A stretch of 64,000 bases of DNA from an uncultured Clostridium sp. (GCA_947650745.1 CANSWM010000001.1:1589-65588), one strand, 5' to 3'; shown: positions 20,166 through 29,503, counted from the stretch's first letter. Numbers and translations: made by a program. The notes: a model not told the origin generated them from the sequence alone.

Positions 20166-20666
20166 TTAATCTCTCCGAATTGTTCTATACAAATAATGTT
20201 TAACATTTGATTCAGTTAAATTCAGACACTTTGATATTTCCTTCATACTCATTTCTAAATTAAAGTATAGATAAAATACTTTAAAAATAATCACTTTTTT
20301 ACTTTTTAAATATTCCCAAATAAAATCTGTATCATATTTATCTAGAAAACTTAATTCTATATTTACATCTGATTGTATTTCATTTACTATTTCAAAATCA
20401 TCCTTACTTGAAAATAAAGAAATTATCTTTTCTTTGTATTTAAACCTATAATAGTCATTAATTTTATGTTTAGCAATTCCTATAATATAAGTTATTGTGA
20501 CATTTCTTTTACTAATAATTGCTTTAAATACTGATAAATAAATATTTTGCAAAATATCTTCTACATCCTCAGGTTTAGAACATTTGCAAACAACATATTT
20601 AGAAACATCCAAATATGTATTTTTATATAGCAAATCAAATTGTTTTAAGCTTTCTTGATCAATCAT
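20166..20666 (-). CDS. sigma-70 family (ECF-like) RNA polymerase sigma factor; possible C-terminal extension to 20129 if CGGA 20174-20177 is recoded
   Basis: Region 2-like DILQNIYLSVFK and region 4 HTH MKEISKCLNLTESNVKHYLYRTI. An in-frame CGG lies 3 codons before the stop. Confidence 0.75.
   Translation of the reverse strand: MIDQESLKQFDLLYKNTYLDVSKYVVCKCSKPEDVEDILQNIYLSVFKAIISKRNVTITYIIGIAKHKINDYYRFKYKEKIISLFSSKDDFEIVNEIQSDVNIELSFLDKYDTDFIWEYLKSKKVIIFKVFYLYFNLEMSMKEISKCLNLTESNVKHYLYRTIRRD
20174..20177 (-). other. in-frame CGGA near the sigma-factor stop (ambiguous: Arg codon or recoding site)
   Basis: aca att CGG Aga gat taa. The alternative reading is LYRTI-G-EIKRKMESESDENV*, ending at 20129 and overlapping the anti-sigma start region. 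Confidence 0.35.
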
Positions 20667-20823
20667 TTTTCTCTCCTCTATATATATTGTCGTAAATAAT
20701 GATAATAAAGTTCCAAATTTTATAATTTTTTATAAAAAAACGACTTAACAATTTCTAAGTGACAAAGAAATTGCAACACTCGCCATAACTATCTAATACG
20801 GAGCTTTTCTACTTTCCTCGCAG

Positions 20824-20847
20824 CGAAAATTCCTACTATATAAAAAA
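20824..20847. repeat. 24-bp perfect inverted repeat, left copy
   Basis: The reverse complement of cgaaaattcctactatataaaaaa equals ttttttatatagtaggaattttcg at 28031-28054. Confidence 0.8.
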
Positions 20848-20899
20848 GCAAGTAATTACATTTTATAATTACCTGCCTTATATATTGTCATTTTTTGTT

Positions 20900-21265
20900 C
20901 TACTTACTTAACATTTTTATTGCTTCATCTTCATTTTCTACAAAAAATATATCTTTACCATTATTGCTTTCATATATGAAATCTTTTAATGGTTTACTTG
21001 TATATTTTGAATAATCTCCATATATAGCAAATTTTGTCTGATAATTTATAAATTTTTGTAAAATTTCTCCTGCTAATCCTTTACTTAATATAAAGAAATC
21101 TTCTATTATTGCATCTTTATTCAATGCTATTTTATTGCAGTTTGTTTCATATTTTATAGTCATAATAAAATCTATTGCTGATTGAACATCTTTTATTATA
21201 ATTTCATTGCTTTTTACTATTGCTATATTGTTTATAATTTTTGTTTCCATTTTTGCTCCTTTCAA
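20900..21265 (-). CDS. DUF4180 domain protein
   Basis: 121 aa. Pattern ...DFFILSKGLAGEILQKFINYQTKFAIYGDYSKY...FIYESNNG resembles DUF4180 as I recall it. Confidence 0.6.
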   Translation of the reverse strand: MKGAKMETKIINNIAIVKSNEIIIKDVQSAIDFIMTIKYETNCNKIALNKDAIIEDFFILSKGLAGEILQKFINYQTKFAIYGDYSKYTSKPLKDFIYESNNGKDIFFVENEDEAIKMLSK

Positions 21266-21333
21266 AATTGTAAGTTGTCAAGATGATTATAACATAAAGG
21301 ACAGATTCACATCTGTCTTATTTATAATTTTTA

Positions 21334-21903
21334 TTATCTATAACTTGCTACTGTACATTTACCACTTTCGTTGTTAAAAGTTGCCCCTAATTTTTGACCT
21401 GTTTTATCTACCCATGTATAACTAAGAGAACCTTTTGATATACTTGTTAATGTTCCCTCTCCACCAATTTTCTGAACAAGTTCTTCATAAGTGAATGAAC
21501 CATTATTTAAATCCTTTTGCAAATCACTTGATGATGGTAGGATTATATTGTCATTTTTTATGCTTTCTTTATCAATTGTTGCTTGAATTGTGACATTATC
21601 ATTGCCAGAAGTTTTGAAACTTATCCAATTTTTAGAATCAAACTTCCAAATTGGATCATTTCCAATCATGGCATCTGTAGTAGATTCAAACCCTATAATA
21701 GTATTGATTTCTTCCACAGTGTTTGTTGATTCAATATGCTTCATAGCTTCTACTATATTATAATTTCCTTTCACTTCTTCTTGTTGATTATTATTATCTC
21801 CCACATTTGAATTATCTTGTTCTCCTAATGCTATAAATCCTAATATCCCCATTATCACTATAAAAATAACAACAATAACTATAACAACTGGTTTATTTTT
21901 CAT
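21334..21903 (-). CDS. hypothetical exported/anchored protein
   Basis: 189 aa with an N-terminal hydrophobic anchor. Confidence 0.4.
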   Translation of the reverse strand: MKNKPVVIVIVVIFIVIMGILGFIALGEQDNSNVGDNNNQQEEVKGNYNIVEAMKHIESTNTVEEINTIIGFESTTDAMIGNDPIWKFDSKNWISFKTSGNDNVTIQATIDKESIKNDNIILPSSSDLQKDLNNGSFTYEELVQKIGGEGTLTSISKGSLSYTWVDKTGQKLGATFNNESGKCTVASYR

Positions 21904-21936
21904 AATTTTTTCCTCCTAAAATCTTTAATACTATAT

Positions 21937-22359
21937 TTATTGTACTTGTTTTTTTGCTTTTGACATATATGTAGCAGATAGCATTAACATTCCAAAAGTT
22001 CCAAACAAGAATACAAAATAAACAATAGCAATTGGCGATGTAGATTTTATTCCTTCTACATTTGCATATAACTTATCATTAGCAAGTAGTGCTTTTACAC
22101 TTTTGCCCTCATAATATCCTGAAAGTCCATGAACATTTTGCAATTCATATTCTTTTCCATTATATTCTACTTTAACTTCATAAAATGTTGTTCTGTTTTG
22201 AGTCTTTTTATTCACAACCTCTTTTGTAGAAGTACTAGTAACAATTGCTGCAATTTCTTCATATTTTACTTCAGTTTTATTCATTAAAAACCAAAAAACA
22301 ATCGTTAAGATTAAACAAATTGCATTAATAATCCACATAAGTGCTACTTTATTTTTCAT
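21937..22359 (-). CDS. hypothetical membrane protein
   Basis: 140 aa with TM helices at both ends. Confidence 0.4.
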   Translation of the reverse strand: MKNKVALMWIINAICLILTIVFWFLMNKTEVKYEEIAAIVTSTSTKEVVNKKTQNRTTFYEVKVEYNGKEYELQNVHGLSGYYEGKSVKALLANDKLYANVEGIKSTSPIAIVYFVFLFGTFGMLMLSATYMSKAKKQVQ

Positions 22360-22473
22360 GATGTATCCATCTCCATTTCCTATAAAATTATATTACTCTT
22401 ATTTGAATTTTTCAACATATTTTAAAAATAATTGTTTTATTTTTCACATTCCTTTTTTCTTCATATTTTACTA

Positions 22474-22941
22474 TCAATTTCCACCCATTACAACTATATA
22501 AATTGTTTTATTATTTTTATCCAAATAAATTTCTGTAACTGAAGCTTCTTCTACAACTTTCGATTTTAAAATTGTTATATTTTCTATTTTTTCCCAGTTA
22601 TATGTTATATTATTGGGATTAAATTTAATTTTTGCTGTCTCTTTTTTTGTGCTTTCAACTTGCTTTATGAAATTATTATAACTTTCCTCTGTTAGTTCTG
22701 CTAAAATATCAATTTGGTATATTGTCGGTCCTATACTCCATTTGCTATATAAATTATAAGAGGTATAATATATATTTTTACTTTCTGGAAAATTATCAAA
22801 TAAACTATAAATTGTTTCTTTATTGTTTTTTAATTCTATATTTGGTTTTATAGTTTGATTTATAATAAAATATATAGAGATTAGAAATACAATGCAAAAT
22901 ACAAATATTATTATAATTCTTCTCCATATAGCTTTAGACAT
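22474..22941 (-). CDS. hypothetical membrane-anchored protein
   Basis: 155 aa with an N-terminal TM helix. Confidence 0.4.
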   Translation of the reverse strand: MSKAIWRRIIIIFVFCIVFLISIYFIINQTIKPNIELKNNKETIYSLFDNFPESKNIYYTSYNLYSKWSIGPTIYQIDILAELTEESYNNFIKQVESTKKETAKIKFNPNNITYNWEKIENITILKSKVVEEASVTEIYLDKNNKTIYIVVMGGN

Positions 22942-22962
22942 CTTTCTATCTCCTATCTACGA

Positions 22963-23001
22963 ATTGTAAGTTATCGCTTAGATGTTATTTAATTTTTTTG
23001 T
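22963..23001. repeat. repeat copy A at the stop of the RhuM-like gene (direct to 19156-19195, inverted to 25643-25664)
   Basis: attgtaagttatcgcttagatgttatttaatttttttgt. The sub-core gtaagttatcgct (22966-22978) is the reverse complement of agcgataacttac (25648-25660). Confidence 0.55.
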
Positions 23002-23991
23002 TTCTGTTACTAATTCATCAAAGTCTGAAATATAGTTTTTATCTTGTATAACTCTATACTTTTTATATTCATCTAAAGCTAACTTATCTGCTATTTCTCT
23101 TTTTATTTTTCCATTATCTTTTAAAATGTTATATTCGTTGATTTTTAAGAATACTTCTAACTTTTCTTTCCACTCTTGCATGGAAATAATCTTGCCTAAT
23201 TTTACTTGTCTTTCTGCATGGTCAAGATACATTGATACTAGATTATTTAATTCTGTAATTTCTTCTTGTGAAAGATAGTTTTTAGCTATTATTACATCTG
23301 TTTCAAGTATTTTTCCATCTGGTGCATTTTTCCAAGTTGTTAATCCCATGTTTTCCTTCTTACTATCAACTCTATTATAAATTATTTCAGGAGCTGTCAT
23401 TCCAGTAATTGCAAAGTGTAACTTGTTCTGAACATTCTTATAAAATTCTTGTGTTGTTTCACTATTTTTATCATAGTCAAAACTACATTCTTTGTATATA
23501 TCAGTGATTTTTTGATAAAATCTTCTTTCACTTGCTCTAATTTCTTTTATCTTAACTAATAATTCATCAAAGTAATCTTTTCCAAATTTCGGTCCATTCT
23601 TTAGCATTTCGCTATTAATAACAAATCCTTTTTTTATATATTCTTTTAAAGTTTTTGTTGCCCAAATTCTAAAATCTGTCGCTTCTTTTGAATTTACTCT
23701 ATAACCAACTGCTATAATTGCATCTAAACTGTAAAAATTTGTATTATATTTTTTTCCGTCCGAAGCAGTTACTCTAATTTTTTGAGTAACTGAATCTTGT
23801 TCTAATTCTTCTGTTTTAAATATATTTTGTAAATGATATGTTATATTATTTTCTGCTACGTTGAATAATTTCGACATTGACTTTTGCGTTAGCCAAAAAT
23901 CTTCTTCATTATATAAAACTTCAACAGATATATTTTCATTATTTCGACTTTGATATATGATTAAATCTTTTAAATTTTCTATATTATTCAA
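22978..23991 (-). CDS. RhuM-family protein
   Basis: 337 aa. WLTQKSMSKLF...YNTNFYSLDAIIAVGYRVNSKEATDFRIWATKTLKEYIKKGF is typical of RhuM-like proteins. Confidence 0.8.
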   Translation of the reverse strand: MNNIENLKDLIIYQSRNNENISVEVLYNEEDFWLTQKSMSKLFNVAENNITYHLQNIFKTEELEQDSVTQKIRVTASDGKKYNTNFYSLDAIIAVGYRVNSKEATDFRIWATKTLKEYIKKGFVINSEMLKNGPKFGKDYFDELLVKIKEIRASERRFYQKITDIYKECSFDYDKNSETTQEFYKNVQNKLHFAITGMTAPEIIYNRVDSKKENMGLTTWKNAPDGKILETDVIIAKNYLSQEEITELNNLVSMYLDHAERQVKLGKIISMQEWKEKLEVFLKINEYNILKDNGKIKREIADKLALDEYKKYRVIQDKNYISDFDELVTETKKLNNI

Positions 23992-24076
23992 TATTAATCA
24001 CCTCTCATTTTTATTTCAGAACTGTTGTTTGTATTTTATAATAAAATAATTGATATGTCAACATTTTTGGTTGAAT

Positions 24077-25606
24077 TTATGTTACATATTTTCTGTGTGA
24101 ATTTTTTACATTATTTTGGCTAACCATAGCATATTCCATTGTAGTATCTATTTTTATATGTCCTAATAACTTTTGTACTTGTTCAACTGGCATACCTTTA
24201 TCAATAGCCATAGTTGCCATTGTTCTTCTGAATTTGTGTGGATGTACTTTATTTATACTTGCTTCTTTTCCTAAATTTCTTATAGCGATTTCAATTCCTG
24301 ATATTCCTAATCTATTATAAGGTCTTATAAGTGATACAAATAGAGCTTCGTTCTTATCTGTTCTTGTTTCCAAATATTTCTTAATATACATTTTACTTTT
24401 TGCACTAAAGTAAACTTCTCTTTCACTATTACCTTTACCCAAAACAATGCAACTTCTTTCTTGAAAATTCATGTCTGTTATGTTTAACCTAGTAAGTTCT
24501 CCCACTCTCATACCAGTTGATATTAATAACTCTAATATTGCTAAATCTCTTACATTTGAACAAGTATCTCTTAACTTTTCTAAGTTCTCATCTGTAAATG
24601 TTTCTTTGACCTTTTTTGTTTCCTTTACTTTATGAATCCTTCTAACTGGACTTTTTACAATATAATCTTCATTTTCTAACCAAGCAAAAAAACTTGATAA
24701 TGTCCTTCTTATATTGTCTATTGTTACCATTCCTGCATTTGAATTGTTTTTATAATTAGCCAAGTAATTTCTTAATATTTCAGTAGTAATTTCACTTATT
24801 GAAAGATTTACAGTATCTAACATTTTAGTTATATTATCTTTATAGTAATTTAAAGTTCTAGTTGAACACCCTTCAATCTCTTTAGATGATATGAATTTAT
24901 TTAATATATCTGTATTATTCATTTGTATTTCTTGATTTTTAGATTGTTCTGTTATTTCAACTTGATAATTTAAGCACATTTCTGTAAGTATCTCTTCTAA
25001 TGTAATTTTTCTTATTTTCTTTCTTATATTGCTTATATGAACTTTTAAAGAACTTTCATCACAATTTTCTGCATCTGTAGTAATTAAATCTAGTAATCTA
25101 TTTTTTGTAACTACCTTATTAGGATTTAATAGCAGTTCTCTCATTATTGTATATTCTGTTCTTGTTAATGTGATTTGATGGCTTTGAATTTTCATAGTCT
25201 TGTTATCTTCTAATAGTTCTATATCCTTATATTTTAAATTTTTATCTTGCTCATGACTCATTCTTAATTGTACTTGTATTCTAGCAAGAAGCTCAATTTT
25301 TTCAAAAAGTTTTGTAATATAGTCATTCGCACCATCAAGCAATACTTTTGCCTTATCTGTAGAAGATGTTTTAGCACTAATAACTATTATTGGTATAGTT
25401 TTATTTACTTTTTTTACTATATCTTCTCCATTTATTCCAGGTAGCATTAAGTCCAAAAGTATTAAATCTATATTATTATTTTTTATTATTGTTAGTGCCT
25501 CTGTTCCAGAATAAGCACTTTTTACAATATAATGTTCTTTTTCAAGAAGTTCTTTAATCAATTTATGAATATCGTTATCATCTTCTACCACTAATATTTT
25601 TTTCAT
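24077..25606 (-). CDS. fusion protein: OmpR-type response regulator (REC + winged helix) joined to a complete tyrosine recombinase/integrase
   Basis: Residues about 1-115 form REC (VVEDD, LILLDLMLPG, ISAKTS, DYITKLF). About 125-205 form an OmpR-type wHTH (TLTRTEYTIMRELL...VHISNIRKKI). About 235-509 form a recombinase (MRVGEL, GKGNSEREV, HPHKFRRT, LLGH, MEYA). The frame is continuous. Confidence 0.8.
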   Translation of the reverse strand: MKKILVVEDDNDIHKLIKELLEKEHYIVKSAYSGTEALTIIKNNNIDLILLDLMLPGINGEDIVKKVNKTIPIIVISAKTSSTDKAKVLLDGANDYITKLFEKIELLARIQVQLRMSHEQDKNLKYKDIELLEDNKTMKIQSHQITLTRTEYTIMRELLLNPNKVVTKNRLLDLITTDAENCDESSLKVHISNIRKKIRKITLEEILTEMCLNYQVEITEQSKNQEIQMNNTDILNKFISSKEIEGCSTRTLNYYKDNITKMLDTVNLSISEITTEILRNYLANYKNNSNAGMVTIDNIRRTLSSFFAWLENEDYIVKSPVRRIHKVKETKKVKETFTDENLEKLRDTCSNVRDLAILELLISTGMRVGELTRLNITDMNFQERSCIVLGKGNSEREVYFSAKSKMYIKKYLETRTDKNEALFVSLIRPYNRLGISGIEIAIRNLGKEASINKVHPHKFRRTMATMAIDKGMPVEQVQKLLGHIKIDTTMEYAMVSQNNVKNSHRKYVT

Positions 25607-25642
25607 TCATATCTCCTAAATTGTTTATTTTTATCATATATA

Positions 25643-25664
25643 ATCTCAGCGATAACTTACTATT
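25643..25664. repeat. inverted partner of repeat copy A
   Basis: atctcagcgataacttactatt compares with the reverse complement of 22957-22984, catctaagcgataacttacaattcgtag. There is a 13-nt perfect core plus flanking matches. It lies between the glycosyltransferase stop and the recombinase-fusion start. Confidence 0.4.
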
Positions 25665-27205
25665 TGCTTATTCTCTTAATTTTTTGCTGCCACATATTTT
25701 TTATTTTATTACATATTTTAAATTTATTAATAGCAACGCCTGCAACAGGTATTAACACTACTATATATGGAACTATATACCTTGACTTTGCTTCCCACAA
25801 AATGTGAAATGCAAATCCTCCTATAAAAATTGTAATTAAAAATATAATATCTAAAGAAATATTTTTTCTATTTTGTATTAGTACAATTAACGTGCATAAG
25901 CATATTAAAATTAGTGAAACTTTTTGGTAAAATGTAAGTGCTTCACTTATGTTTTCTAATTCATAATATCCAACTACTGTATTAACATTTATGCCAGAAT
26001 ATGTATTTTCAGCCCACATTGAGGTTATTTTCATAGTATAAAAATTAAATGCGTAACCTAAATTCTCTGAAAAATATTTTAATCTTGCTTTAATTTCTTC
26101 TGGATATTTTTTTGTTGATTCTTCTATGTTTTTTAAGGCAAATTCTCCTCTTTCTTCACTATACCAGCCATTCCCTCGTCTACTCTCTTCCATTGCCATG
26201 AGAATATAACTTGAATTTGGATAAGCTTTATCTTTATCTAAATCATATTTATTTAAATAGTATCCTTTTAAAATCGTAGATGGAGTAGTTGCAATAATTA
26301 CATACATAATAATTATTAAGCTACCATATAAATTCTGTTTATATCCTCTTTTTGTGATTCCTTTAAATAAATGCATAGCTAGGTACATAACTGTTGCAAT
26401 TACAAATATTAAACTATTCATTCTAAACATATAAGCAAACATTGCAAATATAGAAGCATATATTGCATATTTTATTTTCTTTAAATCTGTATATTTCATC
26501 ATAAAATATGTTGCTGCTAAACTAAGGGCTAGTCCTGGAATATCTCCATAAACAAAAGTAGAAAGCATTGGTAAGGATATAAATGTAAGAATTAAAAGTA
26601 ATGTTAATACTTTATTTACTTTATACTCTTTTGATAAATGTTTACTAATTTTGTAAACCATAATTATAATTAAAATATCGCTAAGAACATTAAAAATTCT
26701 CAAAAAATCTCTTACAGGGCAATGAACTATCTTAAAAAATATACTAAAAATAAATGCAAGTGGAATTTGTTGATGATATCCTTGCATATAATAAGTAAGT
26801 GGCATTCCTGCATAAAAATTTCTCTCAGTTAAAAATTTTAAATCACCTAAATAAAAACTTTCAGCTAAGTCACAAACAGTTCCAGCATCTCCAACAACAG
26901 GAGGACGAACTACTATAATCCATACTATATTAAATATAATATAAATAGCAAATACTCCTATAAATAAATATTTTCTAAGTTTTCTCTTTCTTTCATCTTC
27001 CACATTTTTAAATAGATATAAGTCAAATTTTTTACTTCCAAAAAATAAAGCTAATCCTGCTATAATAATTCCGAGCTATGTATACAATTCCGTTATAACT
27101 AATCGAAATAGTTTCAGTTCTATCAAGCCTTGCAGTAAATAAAAAGTTTAAAATAACAACAAATAATAGAAATAGAATTCCTATTATATAAATAATTTTC
27201 TTCAT
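25660..27205 (-). CDS. GT39/ArnT-like membrane glycosyltransferase; needs a +1 shift at CGGA 27070-27073
   Basis: Track fragments 27032-27241 and 25660-27003 join as MKKIIYIIG...NGIVYIA-G-IIIAGLALFFGSKKFDLYLFKNVEDERKRK... The protein is polytopic and its size and topology are typical for PMT/ArnT-like enzymes. Confidence 0.65.
27070..27073 (-). other. in-frame CGGA, +1 recoding site
   Basis: ata gct CGG Aat... Skipping the C joins 27032-27241 to 25660-27003 (VYIA-G-IIIAGLALFFGSKK...). Confidence 0.7.
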
Positions 27206-27340
27206 TTTTATATCTCCCCTAATTATTCTTATGTTATACAATTAATTATTACTTTTATCAGTAATCATAATATCATACCTAAAAATAATTGTCTATAAAT
27301 AGTTGGTCATTATTTAAATTTTATGTTTTTTCTAAATCTC

Positions 27341-27368
27341 TTGACAAACTAAATAAATTTTATATAAT
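27341..27368 (+). promoter_or_regulatory. sigma-A type promoter of the rubrerythrin gene
   Basis: TTGACA 27341-27346, 16-nt spacer, TATAAT 27363-27368, about 30 nt upstream of the RBS AAAGGAGG. The AT-rich near-palindrome ttatataataaatataa could be a PerR-type box; that is speculative. Confidence 0.5.
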
Positions 27369-27398
27369 AAATATAAACAAATTAAAGGAGGAATAAAT

Positions 27399-27950
27399 AT
27401 GAAAGCATATGTATGTAAAGTTTGTGGATATGTTCACTTTGGAGAAGAAGCTCCTGAAAGATGTCCACAATGTGGGGTTGGAAAAGACCAATTTGAAGAA
27501 AGAAAAGAAAAAGGAACAAATGAATATGCTGATGAGCATAAAATTGGTGTGGCTCAAGGATTAGATGCTGAAGTAGTAAAAGGATTAAAAGATAACTTTA
27601 TGGGAGAATGTACAGAAGTTGGAATGTATCTTGCAATGAGTCGTCAAGCAGACAGAGAAGGTTATCCAGAAGTAGCAGAAGCGTTTAAAAGATATGCATT
27701 TGAAGAAGCTGAGCATGCTGCAAAATTTGCAGAATTATTAGGAGAAGTTGTTTACCCAGATACAAAGAAAAACTTATCTTTAAGAGCGGAAGCAGAATGT
27801 GGAGCTTGCATGGGTAAAAAAGAACTTGCAACAAGAGCAAAAGAATTAGGATATGACGCAATTCATGATACAGTTCATGAAATGTGCAAAGATGAAGCAA
27901 GACATGGAAAAGGTTTTGAAGGATTATTAAAAAGATATTTTGGTGAATAA
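27399..27950 (+). CDS. reverse rubrerythrin (N-terminal rubredoxin-like domain, C-terminal ferritin-like domain)
   Basis: CKVCGY...CPQCG at the N-terminus, then di-iron ExxH motifs ([18 protein letters not shown]). Confidence 0.9.
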   Translation: MKAYVCKVCGYVHFGEEAPERCPQCGVGKDQFEERKEKGTNEYADEHKIGVAQGLDAEVVKGLKDNFMGECTEVGMYLAMSRQADREGYPEVAEAFKRYAFEEAEHAAKFAELLGEVVYPDTKKNLSLRAEAECGACMGKKELATRAKELGYDAIHDTVHEMCKDEARHGKGFEGLLKRYFGE

Positions 27951-28000
27951 CATTTTGTAATTTATAATTTAAGACTAAAATATATAATTTCATAAAATAA

Positions 28001-28036
28001 AAATTCTCAATAAAATTTGAGAATTTTTATTTTTTT
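28001..28036 (+). terminator. rho-independent terminator of the rubrerythrin gene
   Basis: aaattctcaa (28001-28010) pairs with ttgagaattt (28017-28026), followed by ttatttttttat. Confidence 0.65.
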
Positions 28037-28054
28037 ATATAGTAGGAATTTTCG
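28031..28054. repeat. 24-bp perfect inverted repeat, right copy
   Basis: ttttttatatagtaggaattttcg is identical to the reverse complement of 20824-20847. Confidence 0.8.
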
Positions 28055-28059
28055 GTTTT

Positions 28060-28635
28060 CTAATAATTTTCTATTAAATTAATTCCTGCTTGTTTCATTA
28101 ATTTAAATGCAATTTCATTATACTCTTCCCTATTATGATTTGGCGCATCATATGTTTCTACTGCATTCTTTGGCACTGTAATTTTTATATCTAAATTTTT
28201 CTCATCAAAATAGTTTTGTAAAGGAATTGCTAAATTAATTATACAAATATCTGTGCAGCATCCTATAATAATAACTTCTTTTAGATTTTTCATTTTATTT
28301 ATGTCTTCTAAAAAACTTTTTGCATATATTGTACTTGTTGAATTCTTTTCATATATTAATGCATCTTCTTCGAAATCTTTTAATTCATTAACTAAGTCAG
28401 CCTCTTTTGTTCCTTCAATGCAATGGTTTGGATATCTTTTAAACTCTCTGCACTCTTCTTTATGAGTATCTTTTACAATAGCAATAATTCCTTCTACATT
28501 TATCTTTTTCATTAAGATTATATGTTCTGGAATTATATGTTCAATATAATTATCTGCCATTGCTCCACTTTTTACAAATCCATTTACCATATCAACATTA
28601 ATAAGTAACTTAGTTATATTCTCTAAATTTTTCAT
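28060..28635 (-). CDS. isochorismatase-family cysteine hydrolase (nicotinamidase-like)
   Basis: 191 aa with INVDMVNGF, the K of KDTH and the catalytic Cys context IIGCCTDICI. A nicotinamidase role is inferred from the nearby pncB/nadE genes. Confidence 0.7.
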   Translation of the reverse strand: MKNLENITKLLINVDMVNGFVKSGAMADNYIEHIIPEHIILMKKINVEGIIAIVKDTHKEECREFKRYPNHCIEGTKEADLVNELKDFEEDALIYEKNSTSTIYAKSFLEDINKMKNLKEVIIIGCCTDICIINLAIPLQNYFDEKNLDIKITVPKNAVETYDAPNHNREEYNEIAFKLMKQAGINLIENY

Positions 28636-28666
28636 CCTTCTTCTCCTTTATTTAATCTTACTAAAT

Positions 28667-29503
28667 TTAAATTTGTAATAGTATGGCTTTATATCTCCGT
28701 ACGCAGCAGTCAAAATATATAATTCCACCGTCTTTATCTAAAGTTTTTAAATTTGGGAAAGTCTTAATCATCTTTCTATCCCCAAAGAATTTATCTATAA
28801 AATTTGCTGTTTTTTCATTTCCATATATTTTTTCATACTCTGCAAATATTACTTCTTTATCTGCAACATTTAAATCGTAGTCATGAACTTTTCTAATTAA
28901 AAACATCTCTAATGCATATGCTGTCAAAATTCCATCTATAATTAAAAAAACTGTAACAGCTAAAGTAATAATTTTTAGTTTCTTTGCAGAAATTTTAGTT
29001 TTAATTTTATTAATAAGTCTTTCAATTTTCGGATGGACATAAGACATAAAATAGACAGCTAAAAATCCCCAAAATATTGAAAAATACACACATATTCTTC
29101 CGTTTATATTAAGTGGCATATTTGAATAATCCCACCACTTAACATGTAATATAACCTCTGCAAACAAGCTTACCCCATATTCTACAATTGAACCTACTAT
29201 AAATCCTCCAATAAAAAGTCTATTGTTATTTTTGTTAAAATATCTAAGAAATAATATCATTACAATAGCACCTATTCCATATATTCCAGAAAATGGTCCA
29301 TATAAAAAGCTCTGCCTACTTTCTAAAGTTCCTTTTGATACTATTGAAAAGAGTACTTCAACAACATATCCTGCAAAACTATATATTATAAAATAAGCAA
29401 GTAATTTCCATATAGATATTCCAAGTATTGTAAATTGTTTCTTTTTTTCTTCTGTTGTTACTGTTTTTCCTTCTAAATTTTCTTCCATACTCATTCTCCA
29501 CAT
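28667..29503 (-). CDS. polytopic membrane protein, paralog of 58000-58648; in-frame CGGA 28695-28698 near the stop (ambiguous)
   Basis: Shares GYVVEVLF...ESRQSFLYGPFSGIYGIGA with GYIYEMIIVLFQKGHFETRQGLIYGPFIQVYGFG of the paralog. The alternative C-terminus is ...CCV-G-DIKPYYYKFKFSKIK*. Confidence 0.6.
   Translation of the reverse strand: MWRMSMEENLEGKTVTTEEKKKQFTILGISIWKLLAYFIIYSFAGYVVEVLFSIVSKGTLESRQSFLYGPFSGIYGIGAIVMILFLRYFNKNNNRLFIGGFIVGSIVEYGVSLFAEVILHVKWWDYSNMPLNINGRICVYFSIFWGFLAVYFMSYVHPKIERLINKIKTKISAKKLKIITLAVTVFLIIDGILTAYALEMFLIRKVHDYDLNVADKEVIFAEYEKIYGNEKTANFIDKFFGDRKMIKTFPNLKTLDKDGGIIYFDCCVRRYKAILLQI
28695..28698 (-). other. in-frame CGGA near a stop (ambiguous)
   Basis: tgc gta CGG Aga tat... 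The 0 frame ends 9 codons later and the +1 frame 15 codons later, so it is not decisive. Confidence 0.3.

Noticed and set aside
20689-20714. ECF-type promoter (GGAAC-N17-CGAC on the minus strand) upstream of the sigma gene
   Set aside because: The motif spacing looks right, but the inferred leader would be only about 15 nt and the match is short. This is too weak to list as a feature.
20750-20823. The relatively G+C-rich intergenic stretch (…cactcgccataactatctaatacggagcttttctactttcctcgcagcg…) as a small RNA or tRNA fragment
   Set aside because: I could not fold it into a tRNA-like or known sRNA structure, and I recognised no conserved motif. It is noted only as flanking the left copy of the 24-bp inverted repeat.
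27360-27993. Minus-strand ORFs 27360-27557 and 27685-27993 overlapping the rubrerythrin gene
   Set aside because: They are antisense to a strongly supported plus-strand gene that has its own promoter, RBS and terminator, and their translations are low complexity.
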